Shown here: positions 12,700 to 24,879 of the stretch, piece after piece
How the letters are laid out: every line of letters starts with the position of its first letter
Position numbering within the stretch: the stretch's first letter is position 1
DNA from: Lama guanicoe
Lineage: Eukaryota
Direction: 5' to 3'
Assembly (NCBI GenBank): GCA_013239625.1
Contig: MU053758.1
Coordinates: 1,240,001 to 1,304,000, forward strand
DNA length: 64,000 bases
The notes under the pieces: model-generated
The model's input: the letters and a program-made list of their open reading frames with translations, nothing else
Database searches by the model: none
Told to the model about the DNA's origin: nothing
Program-made: the position numbers and the translations under genes

Positions 12700-14690
12700 T
12701 AGCAATTTAGATAGGAGAGGCTATCAACAAAATTTTGGAAACTGGAAACAAATGGTGAATGATAACAGACCTGGGGGAAGATGCCCATGCAGCTAGCAGT
12801 GGGAAAAGTCTTGAAAGGACCCTGATTTTTACATAATTCCCTAAAGGTTCTGGGATAGAAGTTTCCGGAAGTGGGAGAGAAGGTAAGGTTGGAAAAAGAA
12901 AAAAGGAAGATTGTTTAAAAGCCTGTTTAAGAAACAGTGAACCTCAGATTCTCTCCAACTCAACAGAGATGAACAATTTCCCTTTCCAGTTCCCAAAAGA
13001 AGAGTGGAAGTTTATTGGGTGGTGAGATTAAAATAGTCTCTGGGAGGAGGGGGTAGCTCAAGTGGTAGAGCAAATGCTTAGCATGCATGAGGTCCTGGGT
13101 TCAATCCCCAGCACCTCCCCTAAAAAAGGAATAAACCTAATTACTTCCCCAAACCCCCACCCTAAATAAACAAGTAAATACATAGTCTCTGCACTACTGT
13201 GAACAAGAACAATGAGATGCCAGATGTAGCTGAAGGTGGAACTACTGTTCAGGAAACAGAAGGATAAAGTAATGTTTACGTGTTAAATTTTGAGACCCCG
13301 TTCCCAAACCTCTCCTTCCATTCAGCGCCAAGACAATAGTCGCGAGGCTTAAACTCCACAGGCAAGGGATCAAGGAGGCCTTTTTAGAGAATCCTATCAG
13401 TTCGTAAGTAAAGATGCAAAAAGGGTCCCCCCGTCAAAAAGTCCAGCCAGATCACTACATGAGTCCATTGTAGATAAAGCCACTCATTAATTTAGCTATT
13501 CCAGTAAGTTTTTAGCATCCCATTCTCAAATACAAGCAGACAAAAGGGTCACTCCCTCTCTGAAAGCCTGATGACAAAGCCCATCACCAAGTGTAGGTTG
13601 TGACCAGAGCTTTCAGAAGAGATTTCTTCAAAGAAGATAAAACCGACAGAAGAAGCTAAAATAGATTCACTTCAAAGCACACCATCGCAAAACTTCCAAA
13701 TATCAAGGACCCAGAAGAGATCCTACAAGCTTCCTGAGAAAGAAAAAAGAAAAGTACACATATGAAAAATAAAAAAAACCAGAAAGGCTTTATACCCCAA
13801 GAATAACATCAGAAGTTAGAAGACAATGAACCATTGCTTATCTGAGAGAAAGTTAATTCTTAGAATTTTGTACCCATGAAAATTAACAATTTAATGTGAA
13901 CTAAAACAAGAAATTCAAGATGTGCAAATTCTGAAAATACAGACATGCCACATATCCCTTCCTAGGAAGCTAGTAGGGTGATATGCTCTACCAACATGAG
14001 GGCAGAAGTCAAGAAAGAAAAAGTCATGGAGCACAGGAATCAGGAATCCAGCTCAAGAGAGAAGCCAAAGGATGACGATGGAGAGTGATCAGCCCAGACT
14101 GGAGCAGGAAGGAAAGATTCTGTGAGGGAGAGAGTCGTCCATAAGGTGAAATGGATCAAATTACCTGATGTGTCGGAAAATACTGAGAAGCAATCTGGAC
14201 AGTAGGTGAAGAGTTTGGGGTTGGAGTGGTGATATAGCCATAGAAAAACAGGCAAGCAAAAACAATTACTAACTTGAGAGAGGAAAAAGTTGTTCAGAAA
14301 AGGAAAAGCACTCGTAGTACTCTGTACGAGTTTCAGTCGTGAATAGGGTTTCCATGGTCCCAGTAACGTGAACATGGAGTATTGACCTAGCCGTATCAGG
14401 TTTTCAGCCACATTTATGATATAATTATATCGAGACTGTGTGGGGAAGTGAGCATGTATAAGATAGATTGGAGGTGAGGCAGGGAAATCCTGATTTTCCA
14501 TCCTAAGAAGTAAATAGATAATGTCTTAAAACTGCAGAACAAATAAGTAGCTATATAAACATGTTAACATAAGCTAAAGGAGTTGAAGGGAGTTGCCGCC
14601 GAGGAACAAATAATGAGGGAGGGGGTGGGAAGCTAAAGTTTTTTAGACCAAGAATTGCAGAGCAGTTTAGTTCTTTAAACTACTGTACTG
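12700..14690 (+). mobile_element. Highly decayed L1 5'/ORF1 (HAL1/L1ME-like) sequence
   Basis: cagaagttagaagacaatgaa...tagaattttgtaccca resembles the L1 ORF1 3' region; A-rich, no ORF. Confidence 0.55.
13043..13181 (+). mobile_element. tRNA-derived SINE (Vic-1-like)
   Basis: A box tagctcaagtgg, B box gggttcaatccc, A-rich tail; TSD atagtctctg at 13033-13042 and 13182-13191. Confidence 0.9.
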
Positions 14691-14835
14691 CGTTTGGCTG
14701 TGCTGCCCGCCACACCTGGGGCTCCCTGTCCTGTTCCCTCTGGTGCTCAGGCAGGAGCCCCAAACCCCGGCTCCATCGAGTGTGCTCCTCGGACCATACC
14801 CAGTCTCATCGGTACACCTAACACCCTATATCTGA

Positions 14836-15545
14836 TCCCTTTCTCTATGGAGCCTCAGGCTGCCGGGAGTTCTTGTTCTCCCCCACGTCAGACACAGGAG
14901 AGACCCTCCGGGCTAAAAAGGGCCAGAAAGTCCTGGAAGGGCAGCAAGTCCCAGGCTGACAAAGATGAGGGTGGAGGGGGCAGAGATGGGCACCTGCCCC
15001 AGGCATCACCTTCACCTCTGGCCCCGACACCGGGTGGCCGAGGTGGGAAGTGACTGGGAGCGTGTGGACACCCAGCTTCTCAGGAGCACCCGGGGCAGAG
15101 CCGCGCCGCCCAGCCCGGCCGCTCGGGTGCATCTGGCCCGGTGGCCGCGGGGCGGAGCCCGAGGACTGGAAACGCCCGAGCGCGGAGCCCCGGCCCGGCG
15201 GCAGGGAACGGCTCACCACGTCCTCGGTTGCCTCTGCGGGAGCCGCGCGGAGGCCTGGCTCCCCCTGGGCGGCGGGGCTCGGGGCGCCGGGGAAGCACGG
15301 GGTCCGCGGGGCGGCTGGAGTCTCCGCATCCTCTCTCTATGCACGCGAACCCGAGTCCCCTAGCCCAACACTCGGCACCCGTTGCTGCCGGACCCTGACC
15401 GCGCTCCCGCCTGCAGCCCTTCACCGGCAGAAAGGGCCGGCCCAGGGCCCCAGTCCCGGCCACCTTCTGCTACTCTTAGTGACCAAGGGGGTGGGGAGGC
15501 TGCAGGGAGACGACGCAAAAGGCATCTCAGGTGCCGGAAATTAAA
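14836..15545 (+). repeat. CpG-rich dispersed element, copy B
   Basis: Near-identical core to copy A (caggagcacccggggcagagccgc...ggcccggtggccgc); shares tail actcttagtgaccaa-ggggtg-ggaggctgcaggg with copy C. Confidence 0.9.
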
Positions 15546-17726
15546 GGACTGAGGGTCAAGAGGTGGTTGGATTAGGGGAAGGAAAGTTTGGAGGAAAATG
15601 CGGGGGTGGCAGGAGGGTAGAGGAGGGGTGGTGGAGGCATAAGCGGCCAAACACATCATTTAATGGAGGGATTAACACTTTCCAGGCTTAAGTGTTTTTT
15701 GCATTCATTTTATTAAAGCACTTTTTTTTCTTGCAGGTAAAAGTGATGCAAATCTATTTTAGAAAATTTGAAAATTTACAACAAAATTAAGAGAATAACT
15801 TGCTTCTAATCTAATGACCCAGAGGCAATCATTTATATAACCAAACCCTATTTAAATTTGTATCCTGCTTTTAAAACTTAATGTCAAGAGCGTTTTCCCG
15901 TATCATCAAATAATTTATAAAAGTGTGACTTTTGAAGTTGTATCATATTTTATGGGAAAATAGAAGACCACTTATTTAGCCAGTTCTTTATTGATGGAAG
16001 AGTAGGCTGTCAGTTTCTGAATATTCTCTAACTCATGCTGCAGCCAACATCCTGACACATGAATCTGTGCCAACATATGCTCATTCTTTTAGTATAGGAA
16101 CTAAGAGTAGAATCATTGAGTGAAATACTATGAATACTTTTTCTCAAATTTATTTTAATTCTAAAAGCAGTACTTGTAAAATATATAAGCAAAAGAGAAC
16201 ATTAAAGATCTGCCCTCGGTCTTTGTCTAATTCCCCAGAGGTGACACTGGTCACATTTTTGTAGTAAAGTTTCAAGATTTTCCATATGCGTTGAGAGCTA
16301 AACTACACCAAGATATATGTCTGTGTATGTAGGGGCACAAAACCAAACATCAAATTTATGATCTTTTGATTTTTTAATGATTTAAAAAAATAAAATAGAT
16401 CACTGTAAGAAAAAATATACATTCATTATAAAAACAGCAACAATTAAATAAATTAAGAAAAAAAAAGAAAATAATTGTTACAATGATGAACCTACCCCTC
16501 AAGTCCTTGATTAAACTCTAACTGCAGGTACATAGGACAGAACAGCCGACTGAGCTGAGACGTGAAGTCACTGGCCTGTTCTCCTGCCCTGACTGAGTGG
16601 GCCCCTGACCTAGGGGTTCATTGGGGGATGTCAGCTCTGCCCAGATAAAAATTTGTTTTTAATTTTTGTAACAGCCTACATGGTGAACACTACTGCCCCA
16701 TTTTACAGAAAAGTAGAAATCAAGACACCTGACTTCCAGGTCAAAGTTCTTCCCACATCCAGGACCACTTCATCTTTCTGTATTGTTATCTATATTGCCT
16801 CTTCACCAGAATACAAGCCCTGGGTGGCAGGGCCCTGCCATCCTGGAGGCCACAGACCCAGCTGTGATTCCAAGTGGCAGAAGTCTTATAGGACCTCTAT
16901 CCTGACCTAGGCCCAGGCCAGGGCACCTGGAACATGATGGATAACGTAGTTCAATGGAGGCTTCTAGAGGATGGTTCAATGGGGTATAGCCTGGGGTACC
17001 CCTTCACTGGTGGACCATCTTCCTCGGTGAGGAGGGGAAACGACCCTGCCACATGATCTCTCATTCAAGCTACTGAGTCATCTTGAATGATCTGTAACCT
17101 TTCTTTGCCCACACACACCAAGCCCTGTGGGTTCTCAGGTTGCAGGAATTTCCTCAGCTCTGAGGGCTGGTGTAGGTAGAAGAGTGTCTTCTGCCTGAGG
17201 AGGGTGGGGGAGGACTTTGGGCTCTCAGACTACTGGGGAGGGTGTGGGAGAGCAGTTTAGCCCAGGAGAACTGGTCGGGTCAGAGGTGGCCATGTCTGGG
17301 CTGGAAGGGCTCACAGTTTGCTTGGCTTGAAGGCCAGGCCCCTATGTCTTTACTCGGGGCCACTGTCCTTCCAGAATCTCAGATAGTAATGACACTGGGA
17401 TGACAGCTTCCACCCAATATGCACTGGACCACTCTGGGGTCTCCCCTCCAGCACCCCAGCTTCAGGGGTCTGATGGCCTCTCCTCTTGGCCCTCACAGGG
17501 AAGGGGGCCAGGCTTTTATCATGGGACCACCGAAGCTGACCTGAGAGCCAGGGACAGGCACTCGGTCCCCATCTTTCCCAACTCTACTTTCTTTCCTAAT
17601 GTTATTTGATTAGTTGTAATTGTTTTACAATAAATGTGCATTTTTCTTAAAATGATTTATTATATATATTTTTAAAGATGAAAGGGTTGTGTGATCTGCT
17701 GTTTCCCTATGGTATACAATGTACAA

Positions 17727-18530
17727 CTTTAATTCATGGAGGATCTGAGGTGTCTTTCCCTCAATACCCTGCAGCCTCCGCACCCCATTGGTCACTAAGA
17801 GTGGTAGAGGGTCGCCAGGACTGGGGTCCTGGGCTTACCCTCTCTGCTGGGGTAGGGCTGCAGGCGGGAGGTCCGGGTCCGGCACCGCAGTGCCCGGTGC
17901 TCGTGCTGGGAGAGAGAGACCCGCGTACATGTGCGCGCAGACTCCTGCTAGCCCCGTGGACGCCGCGCCTCCCCCGCACCACGAGCTGGCAGCCCGGGGG
18001 AAACCAGGGGCCCCTCCAGGGCCCCCCACCTCCAACCCCACTCCTGCAAAGGCGAGGACTGTGCGCCGGCTCCCTCTGGGCCCCGCGCTCCAGCGTCTCA
18101 GTCTTCGGTCCTTGGGCTCCGCCCCGCGGCCACCGGCTCAGCTGCACCCGAGCAGACCTGCTGGGCGGTGCGGCTCTACCCCTGGGTGTCTACATGTGCC
18201 CGGTCACCTCCCACCCCGGCCACCCTGTGTTGGAGCCAGAATTGAAGGTGAAGTGATGCCTGGGACGGGTCCCCATTCCTGCCTCCTCAACCCTCATGTT
18301 TGTCAGCCTGGAACTTCCTGCCTTTCCAGGACTTTCCTGCCCCCTTTAGCACGGAGTTTCTCTTCTGTGTCTGATGTGGGTGGGACAGGAGCTGCCCCAC
18401 AGACCGAGTCTCCTTAACTGCGGAGGGAGTCGGTCAGCCAACAGATGTAGGGATGTCATGTTCTGTTTCAGGAACTGATGGTGAAGGGGACCACAGAGAT
18501 AAGGGACTCCACCTTTTGAGAGAGATCCCA
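17727..18530 (-). repeat. CpG-rich dispersed element, copy C (inverted)
   Basis: Reverse complement reads gctcctgtcccacccacatcagacacag...ccggtggccgcggggcggagccc...cccgcctgcagccct, colinear with A and B. Confidence 0.88.
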
Positions 18531-18721
18531 GGCCACTATCTGCTTTGTTGCAGCCTCAACTAAACAGGTAATTTTAGGAACTGTTTTTAGTTCCCATCTT
18601 AAGTTGATGGGACCCCTATGCCTCCCAGCCTTCCTAACTGGGATTCCATCTCCTGCAAGAGCCAATCTGTCTCCCCATTGCCAGAGCTGGGTGGCATCCT
18701 TATCCCTACCTCAGAAATGAG

Positions 18722-19246
18722 CGTAATAAAGGAGAACAAATCTGACTCCATAATGGATCTATTCCTTTAGTTTTAACCACTGTGCCCTGTTTTCTAGGCT
18801 TAGTCTTGCTAGCTCTGCACCTTGTGTGAAACAATGTTGCCTTTAGCCTGAAATATACAGGAGAGCCTATTCTCCGGGCTCTGACCTTTAAGGATGTTAG
18901 CACTTCTGCACTTATGTAGAGATGGCAAGTTGCAAAATAGAGAATAACCTTTGTTTTGTTGGAGATTTACGAGGACACCATGGCCTGACCCACATGGATG
19001 GCTGCAAAAACAAAGACTTCCTACACCAAGAAGTTTGCAACAATAAACCACACCCCCTACCCTGTTTTTTTGTATAAAAGGAGCCTGTATTCTGACTGGA
19101 GCAGGGTGATCCTCCAGGACATTAGTGTGCCATTCTCTCAGTCTGTGGGCTTTCCAAATAAAGTTGCTATTCTTTGCTCCAATACCTTGTCCCCCGATTT
19201 ATCAGCTTGTCATGCAGCAAGCAGAACGAGTTTGGACTCGGTAACA
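18722..19246 (+). mobile_element. ERV1-class solo LTR, MER41-like
   Basis: cgtaataaaggagaacaaatctgactccata...gtttggactcggtaaca; TATAAAAG 19073-19080, AATAAA 19157-19162; 4-bp TSD tgag (18718-18721, 19247-19250). Family name from memory. Confidence 0.8.
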
Positions 19247-20369
19247 TGAGGGAGGTGACAACAGTTGATGACAGGCATAGAACACAGGTCTCCTATAGAA
19301 TCCAGTGACTTTCCTCTGCCCAGACTCTGTTGTGGGGGAATTGTGAAGCAAGGAGGGGGTCGAGCCTGATTCTACCCTATCTGGGCCCCCAAGAGCTGCA
19401 TTGCCACAGAGCTGGCTGTGGAAAGGTGGTCCTGGGCCTGGGTTGTGGGGAGGAAGGGAGAGGCAGAGAGGGAGAATCTGTGGGACTTCCCTTCTCCACC
19501 TTCCACCTCCTTTACCTCTTACTACAGAGACTCAGGAGCAGTGGTGTCCCATGTTGGTCATGAGTTCTCTGCTGAATTAGGCAGTCTCCCCACCCCAGCT
19601 CTCACCATCTCAATGAGGCTGGATGAGGAAAGTGGTCTCACTACCTCACTCCGCCTCCACTCCAGCTAGCTCTGGAAACGAGATGAGGACCGGAGCTGGA
19701 CCCACAGCTCAGACTCTGGTCAGGCTCGGGTAGCTGTGGGGGCAAGATGGGTGGGTGAGGGGTCTGTGATGGAATAAGGGTCAGAAACATTTTGAGAGTG
19801 GGATGGGTGAGGCTAATGGGAGGGGTCTGACTCCCTGTGGGAGTGGGGGTGAGGGAACCAGCATACCCAGGCTTGGAAGTACCTGACACTCCCTTTCCTA
19901 AACATCCAGGCAGCCCTCAAGGCAGCAGGTTCAGGGGCAGTGTTAAAGGTTGGGACTATTCGGGTCTCATAGAAGTAAGAGGTGGTGTGTACTGTGGTGC
20001 ACACAGCCTGAGTTTGGGGACACTTCTTTATGAGTGAGTCACTTGTTATCACTGGGCAGCACCTTCAGCCATTATTTGTGACCTGGTTCTGATTGACCTG
20101 CTTTGGTGCAGACACCCAAGAGGAAGTAAATGAAGTCAGATAAGGCGCTCCATCATGAAGTGGGCTCTTTTGGGAAATTGGGTGCCCTCTTCTGGATCCT
20201 TGAGGAAATTCACTGTATCTTTTCCATTCTCAGAGTAGTTCCATGACCATTTTCACCCCTTACCTCTACTCCACTCACAGGCCATTGAGGGGTCCCTTCA
20301 TTAGGGATGAAGAGGGTTTGGGGATCCCAAGATTGGATTTCAACACATAAAACCCTAATATAGTCTAAA

Positions 20370-20522
20370 CAAGCATTTACATAGTACTTACTACGTGCTT
20401 TACAAATATCAACTCATGTATCCCTCACAGCTACTGATTAGTAAGTACTATTATTCCTGTTTTACAGATGTGGAAATTGTGGCACAGAGAAGCTAAGTGC
20501 CTTGCCTAAGGTCACACAGCCT
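20370..20522 (-). mobile_element. MIR SINE
   Basis: ttattcctgttttacagatgtggaaattgtggcacagagaagctaagtgccttgcctaaggtcacacagc (MIR core). Confidence 0.8.
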
Positions 20523-21609
20523 CCTACAGCAACACAGGCGCAGCCAGAGGATGTGTATGCTTCAACAGAGAGTCTCCCCAGGCCCATTCTCTGACTCCCC
20601 TGAAGCTCACCGCACACCTCCCAGAGATGAACCTGTCTTGCCTCATGAATAGAAGGTCAGAAGATTTCCAAGAACCTCCCTTCTCTGACTTTGTTGGTTC
20701 TGGGAAGTGGAAAGTGAGTGGGGAGGGAGGGCTACTCAAAGTTCTGAGAAACTCAGGGAGAGTCTCAGGAGATTCTCTAAGGCAATATGATCCTGTCACT
20801 AACTGAACCATAAGCCGGTGTAGACAGGCCAGTCAGATGGCATCCACACTGCCTTCCCCCTCTCCACCCTCTTGGCATGGAGGAGGACCTGGGGAGGGAT
20901 CACAAGACTCACCTCTTCTGAAACCTGAAACCTGGGGGTGTATGGGGTCAGAACTCTCTTTCTCTCATTTAAAAGATAAGGAAATGAAGCCTCTTCCTAA
21001 GACCCGCCCTCACTCACCACATGTTAGATGACAATCTGCTGTGGGTGTTGGGAGATGGGGACACAGAGGTGGCTAAAGAGCAGCTCTCTGCCCTTAAGGA
21101 ATTCTGTCTAGGAGAGGAAGGACAGGTGAGGAAAGGACAGTTGCAATTCAATGTGACAGTGGACAGCGGAGGCAAATGCTGCAGGAAAGGGGGCTGCTTG
21201 GGTGGGACAGGAAGGTTTTGAAGGAGGTGCCCCCTGAGATTGGTATTAGAGGATGGATCCAGATTCGTGGGCAGGGGGAGCATTCCAGGCTGCGGCTCAG
21301 GCAAAGAGGCAACTTCAGAAACAACTGCGTAAGTGCAGAACTGTGAGCATTTATCTGGCTGGCACAGAGGCTGCCTGGGATGAGGACAGGAGATTGGCCA
21401 GGGAGGTGGGGTCAGATCGCAAAGGTCTCACTCGCCAGGCTGAGGAATTCAAACTTGACACCATAAGTGCAGGCGAGGGGTGGTATCATCCTCTCCAAAG
21501 AGCATAGATAAGGAGGCATCTCTCCATGCTCAGAAGGAGCAAATGGAGGACAGAGGCACTAGGGATGATTCACTTGGTTTATTAATGTTTTTCATTAAAC
21601 TTGTGTGGA

Positions 21610-22120
21610 GTTCTCTATTAATCAGAACTCTTTCTGTGCAAGTGGTAGAAACCCACTCAAAACCACCTTCAACAAAAGGGAATTTTTTTCTGTGAGAGCT
21701 TAAAAGAGTGAAGGAAGGACCACAGGAGCCACCAGAGCTCCACCCCTGCTGATGGCTCATCTCCAGCTCTGCTTGGCTCTGTTCTGCAGAGAGACTCCCT
21801 CACATGGAGGGAAAGTGGCCACCCACCGCCCAGCCCTCTGCCTGTATCATCTCAACCAGCAGTCCCAGTATGAAGAGGACCTCCTTCCCATGTCTGTATA
21901 TTAATCCCAGGGAAGGATCTGATTGGTCCTACTGGGTCAGTGATACTCGTTGGTCTAATCACTGTTGCTGAGACTGTGATTAATCCATGCTGGGTCACAT
22001 ATTCATCTCTCTAGTGAAGGCAAAAGTGGAGGGAGCATCCCAACTCAAAGCTCTTCAGGACCGTGTGGAGTGAAGGAAGGAGTCCCCCAAAGAAACAGGG
22101 GTTCAGTGATCAGGAGGTGT
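21610..22120. mobile_element. Old MaLR LTR (MLT1J/K-like)
   Basis: aatcagaactctttctgtgcaagtggtagaaacccactcaaacc; tctgattggtcc...ggtctaatcactgttgc. Confidence 0.6.
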
Positions 22121-22424
22121 GTACAAAACGAGCCAGCCAGAAAAAAAAAAAAAGAATGCTTCCACTCTTGTGTGCCAAACGCTCTACTAAGATGCTACGG
22201 ATTCAGAGATAAGATCCCTTCTCTACCATCAAATACTATAGTCTAGAGGAGGGTTTGGATGATTAGAAATTGTCATGATGATGATGAGATATGGGGATTC
22301 TCCAGACACTTGGAAACCCAAGAGAGGGGCACCCAACCCAGACTGAGACAGAAAGAAACCAGGAAAAACGTTCCTCCAAAAGTTGCCCCTCAACTGAGTT
22401 AACTGAGTTATAAAAGATGAAGAA

Positions 22425-22548
22425 GGGGTGTGGGTATGGCTCAGCAGTAGAGCGCATGCCCAGCACACACGAAGTCCTGGGTTCAATCCCCAGTACCTCC
22501 ATTTGAAATAATAATAATAATAAATAAGATTTTTAAATTTTAAAAATT
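22425..22548 (+). mobile_element. tRNA-derived SINE (Vic-1-like)
   Basis: gtatggctcagcagtagagcgcatgc...gggttcaatccccagtacc; TSD aaagatgaagaa at 22413-22424 and 22549-22560. Confidence 0.9.
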
Positions 22549-23219
22549 AAAGATGAAGAACTAGCCAAGGGAAGAAAGGTAGAAGGAAGTCCAGGGAAAG
22601 GGAGCAGCATATAAGAAGGTAGACTACTCTAAAACAGCAGGTTCCTGGCGTGGGCAAAAGGGCAAATTGTTGTGTGCTTCCTCAAGAGAGGGGCACGGAG
22701 GGTTTGCAGTGCGGGGTGAGAGGACCTGGGGAGTTCAGAGTTGCAATCAGGAGTCTAGGGGCCCGTGGATCAGTCAGGTGGAGAGACCAGTAAATAGTTG
22801 GATTTTTTTTTTTAATCTAGAGGTTGAGAAAAAGGCTTAAGCTGTGGAAATAAATTTGGGATTCATCCCAGTGGGTGGCAGTGAAAGCCATGGGAGGATG
22901 CTGTCACTCGGGGAGAGCAAGAGGAAAGCTGAGTGCGCCCACGTCGGCCGAGTGGGTGGACACAGCAGACACAGGGCAGAAGGCGTCTGAGAAAAGGATG
23001 AGCTGGTCAGCAGCACATGGTGAGGACATGAGTTGTGCTCTCAGGTCCCCAGGCCCCTGCAGGTGTAATTCTCTCCCACTTGAAAGCGTCCAGGGAAAAG
23101 AACAGATTACCTATGAAGGAATGAAAATCAGATTGTCATCAGGCATTTCATTGGCAACCTCTGATGCAAGAAGGTGGAGCAAAAGCCTGCAAAGTGTGGG
23201 GTGGAGGGGAGTGTGCAAG

Positions 23220-23590
23220 ACTGCTACTTGTCCCAGGGTCTGTTCCCCATTCTTCCTTAGTGATAGACCCTTGAGTGTTCAGCTGTGCATGTAGCCATCC
23301 AGTCAAGGTTACATTCCAGCCTCCCTTGAAGCTGTGTGGCCATGTGAGTAAGTTCCAGCTGTCCTTTCTTTCTTTGCACCTTCCTCCATCCATCCTGCTG
23401 CCTGGAAAGCCCATAGGATGCCATCATCTTGGACCATGAGGACAAGGACCACATCTTATATGTGGCAGAAAACTGGGAGGAGCCTAGTCCTCTGCAGTCT
23501 CTTACATGAGAGAAAAAATAAACTTCAACTTGTTTGAGCCACTGCCATTTTGGGTCTCTTATTTATACTAAACCTAATTCTAACTGATAC
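23220..23590 (+). mobile_element. MaLR LTR (MLT1H/I-like)
   Basis: catcttggaccatgagg...gagaaaaaataaacttcaacttgtttgagccactg...ctaattctaactgatac. Confidence 0.7.
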
Positions 23591-24879
23591 TGAGGGAAGA
23601 TTATGCCCAGCCAAAATATCAATCAAGTACAGGAATCAAATAAAGTTATTTTTGTATAGGCAACAATCCAAAGAGAAGTCAGGAAATAGATGTTCATATT
23701 ATTTGAAGTCCTAAAATTAAATAAAATTAAATAATAGAAGGAGTAAGTAAAGGGGTGACTGGCAGGGATTAGGGAAAGACGGGAAATAGGGAAAGCAAGC
23801 AAAATTCACCATCTTCCATGGCAAGGAGTCAGGAGATACACTGTTTAAACTTGATGAATTGGGTACAGAGATGTTAGCATATTTTCTGGCATCAAGGAAG
23901 TACTATCAGGAAAGTTAAAAGGAGATGTGGTTGAAGATGATTACTTCTGGGGAATGGGCCTCAGAATTGATGGAGAAAGACTTTAATCTTTCAATTTTAC
24001 TCTCTTGCACAGTGTAGACATATGTAGAAAACCTCTGAAGGGTACGTACCTGACTCTTAACGATGTAAATCTCAGTGAGTAGGCACTCCCAGTGGAGAAG
24101 GGTCTAGGGACAGACTAAAGTTTTTCGTTATAACCTTCTATGTTATTTGGTGTTATAAAAATGAGCACTTACTGGTTTTGTAAAAAAAATTTTATGTATT
24201 TTTTTTTAAAGAAAGGCAGGAGGTGGGGGAGATAACAGACAGAGGTCCGCAGTCTGGAAAATACCATAGACAAAAAAGGACAAGATCTCTAAGGACTCAC
24301 TTCCTTGGCAGTGAAATTTGGTTTCTTTTATCAAGTCTGATTGCCCCAATTTTGGCTGCTGCCTGGCTTTATCTCGTCCATTGTTCTCTGTGGCCAGACC
24401 TGAGAGGGGTTTAAAGAGAAATCCCCCCTTGGGAGGTGTCCTGCCCAAGTGCTCCACTCCCTACTGGCATAGTTAAAGTTGGAATTATCTCAGGGCTGAG
24501 CAATCAGAGGCCTCTGTTTTCCGGGTTTGGGATTTCTCTGGTGACACAGTTCCCTTAAATCCTAGCTGGCTGGCTGTCATCTCCATTCCTAGGGATGCCA
24601 CATGCAAGTAACCAACGCCAGAAATCTTGCCCAGTCATGAAACTTGATTCTGAACCCACTTCTTGTGGTTTATCTCTTAGCAACAGGCTTGGGGCCTCTG
24701 ACTATCCCTCTAGGCCTTAGGTTAAGATTCTTCCTTGATATATGGACATCCGGGGTTCACAGCCCAGCATTCTTTCTGTGACTGAGACCTTGAATTTTCT
24801 TTGGAGAACCATTTTTCCCTCTCCCATCCTCAGTCAAGAGATTTAATCTAGTGAGATCTAAGGGTTGTTTTTTTTTTTT

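Noticed and set aside
13043..13115. tRNA gene-like sequences here and in five other places
   Set aside because: Followed by SINE tails, several with TSDs, and individually diverged: SINE heads, not tRNA genes
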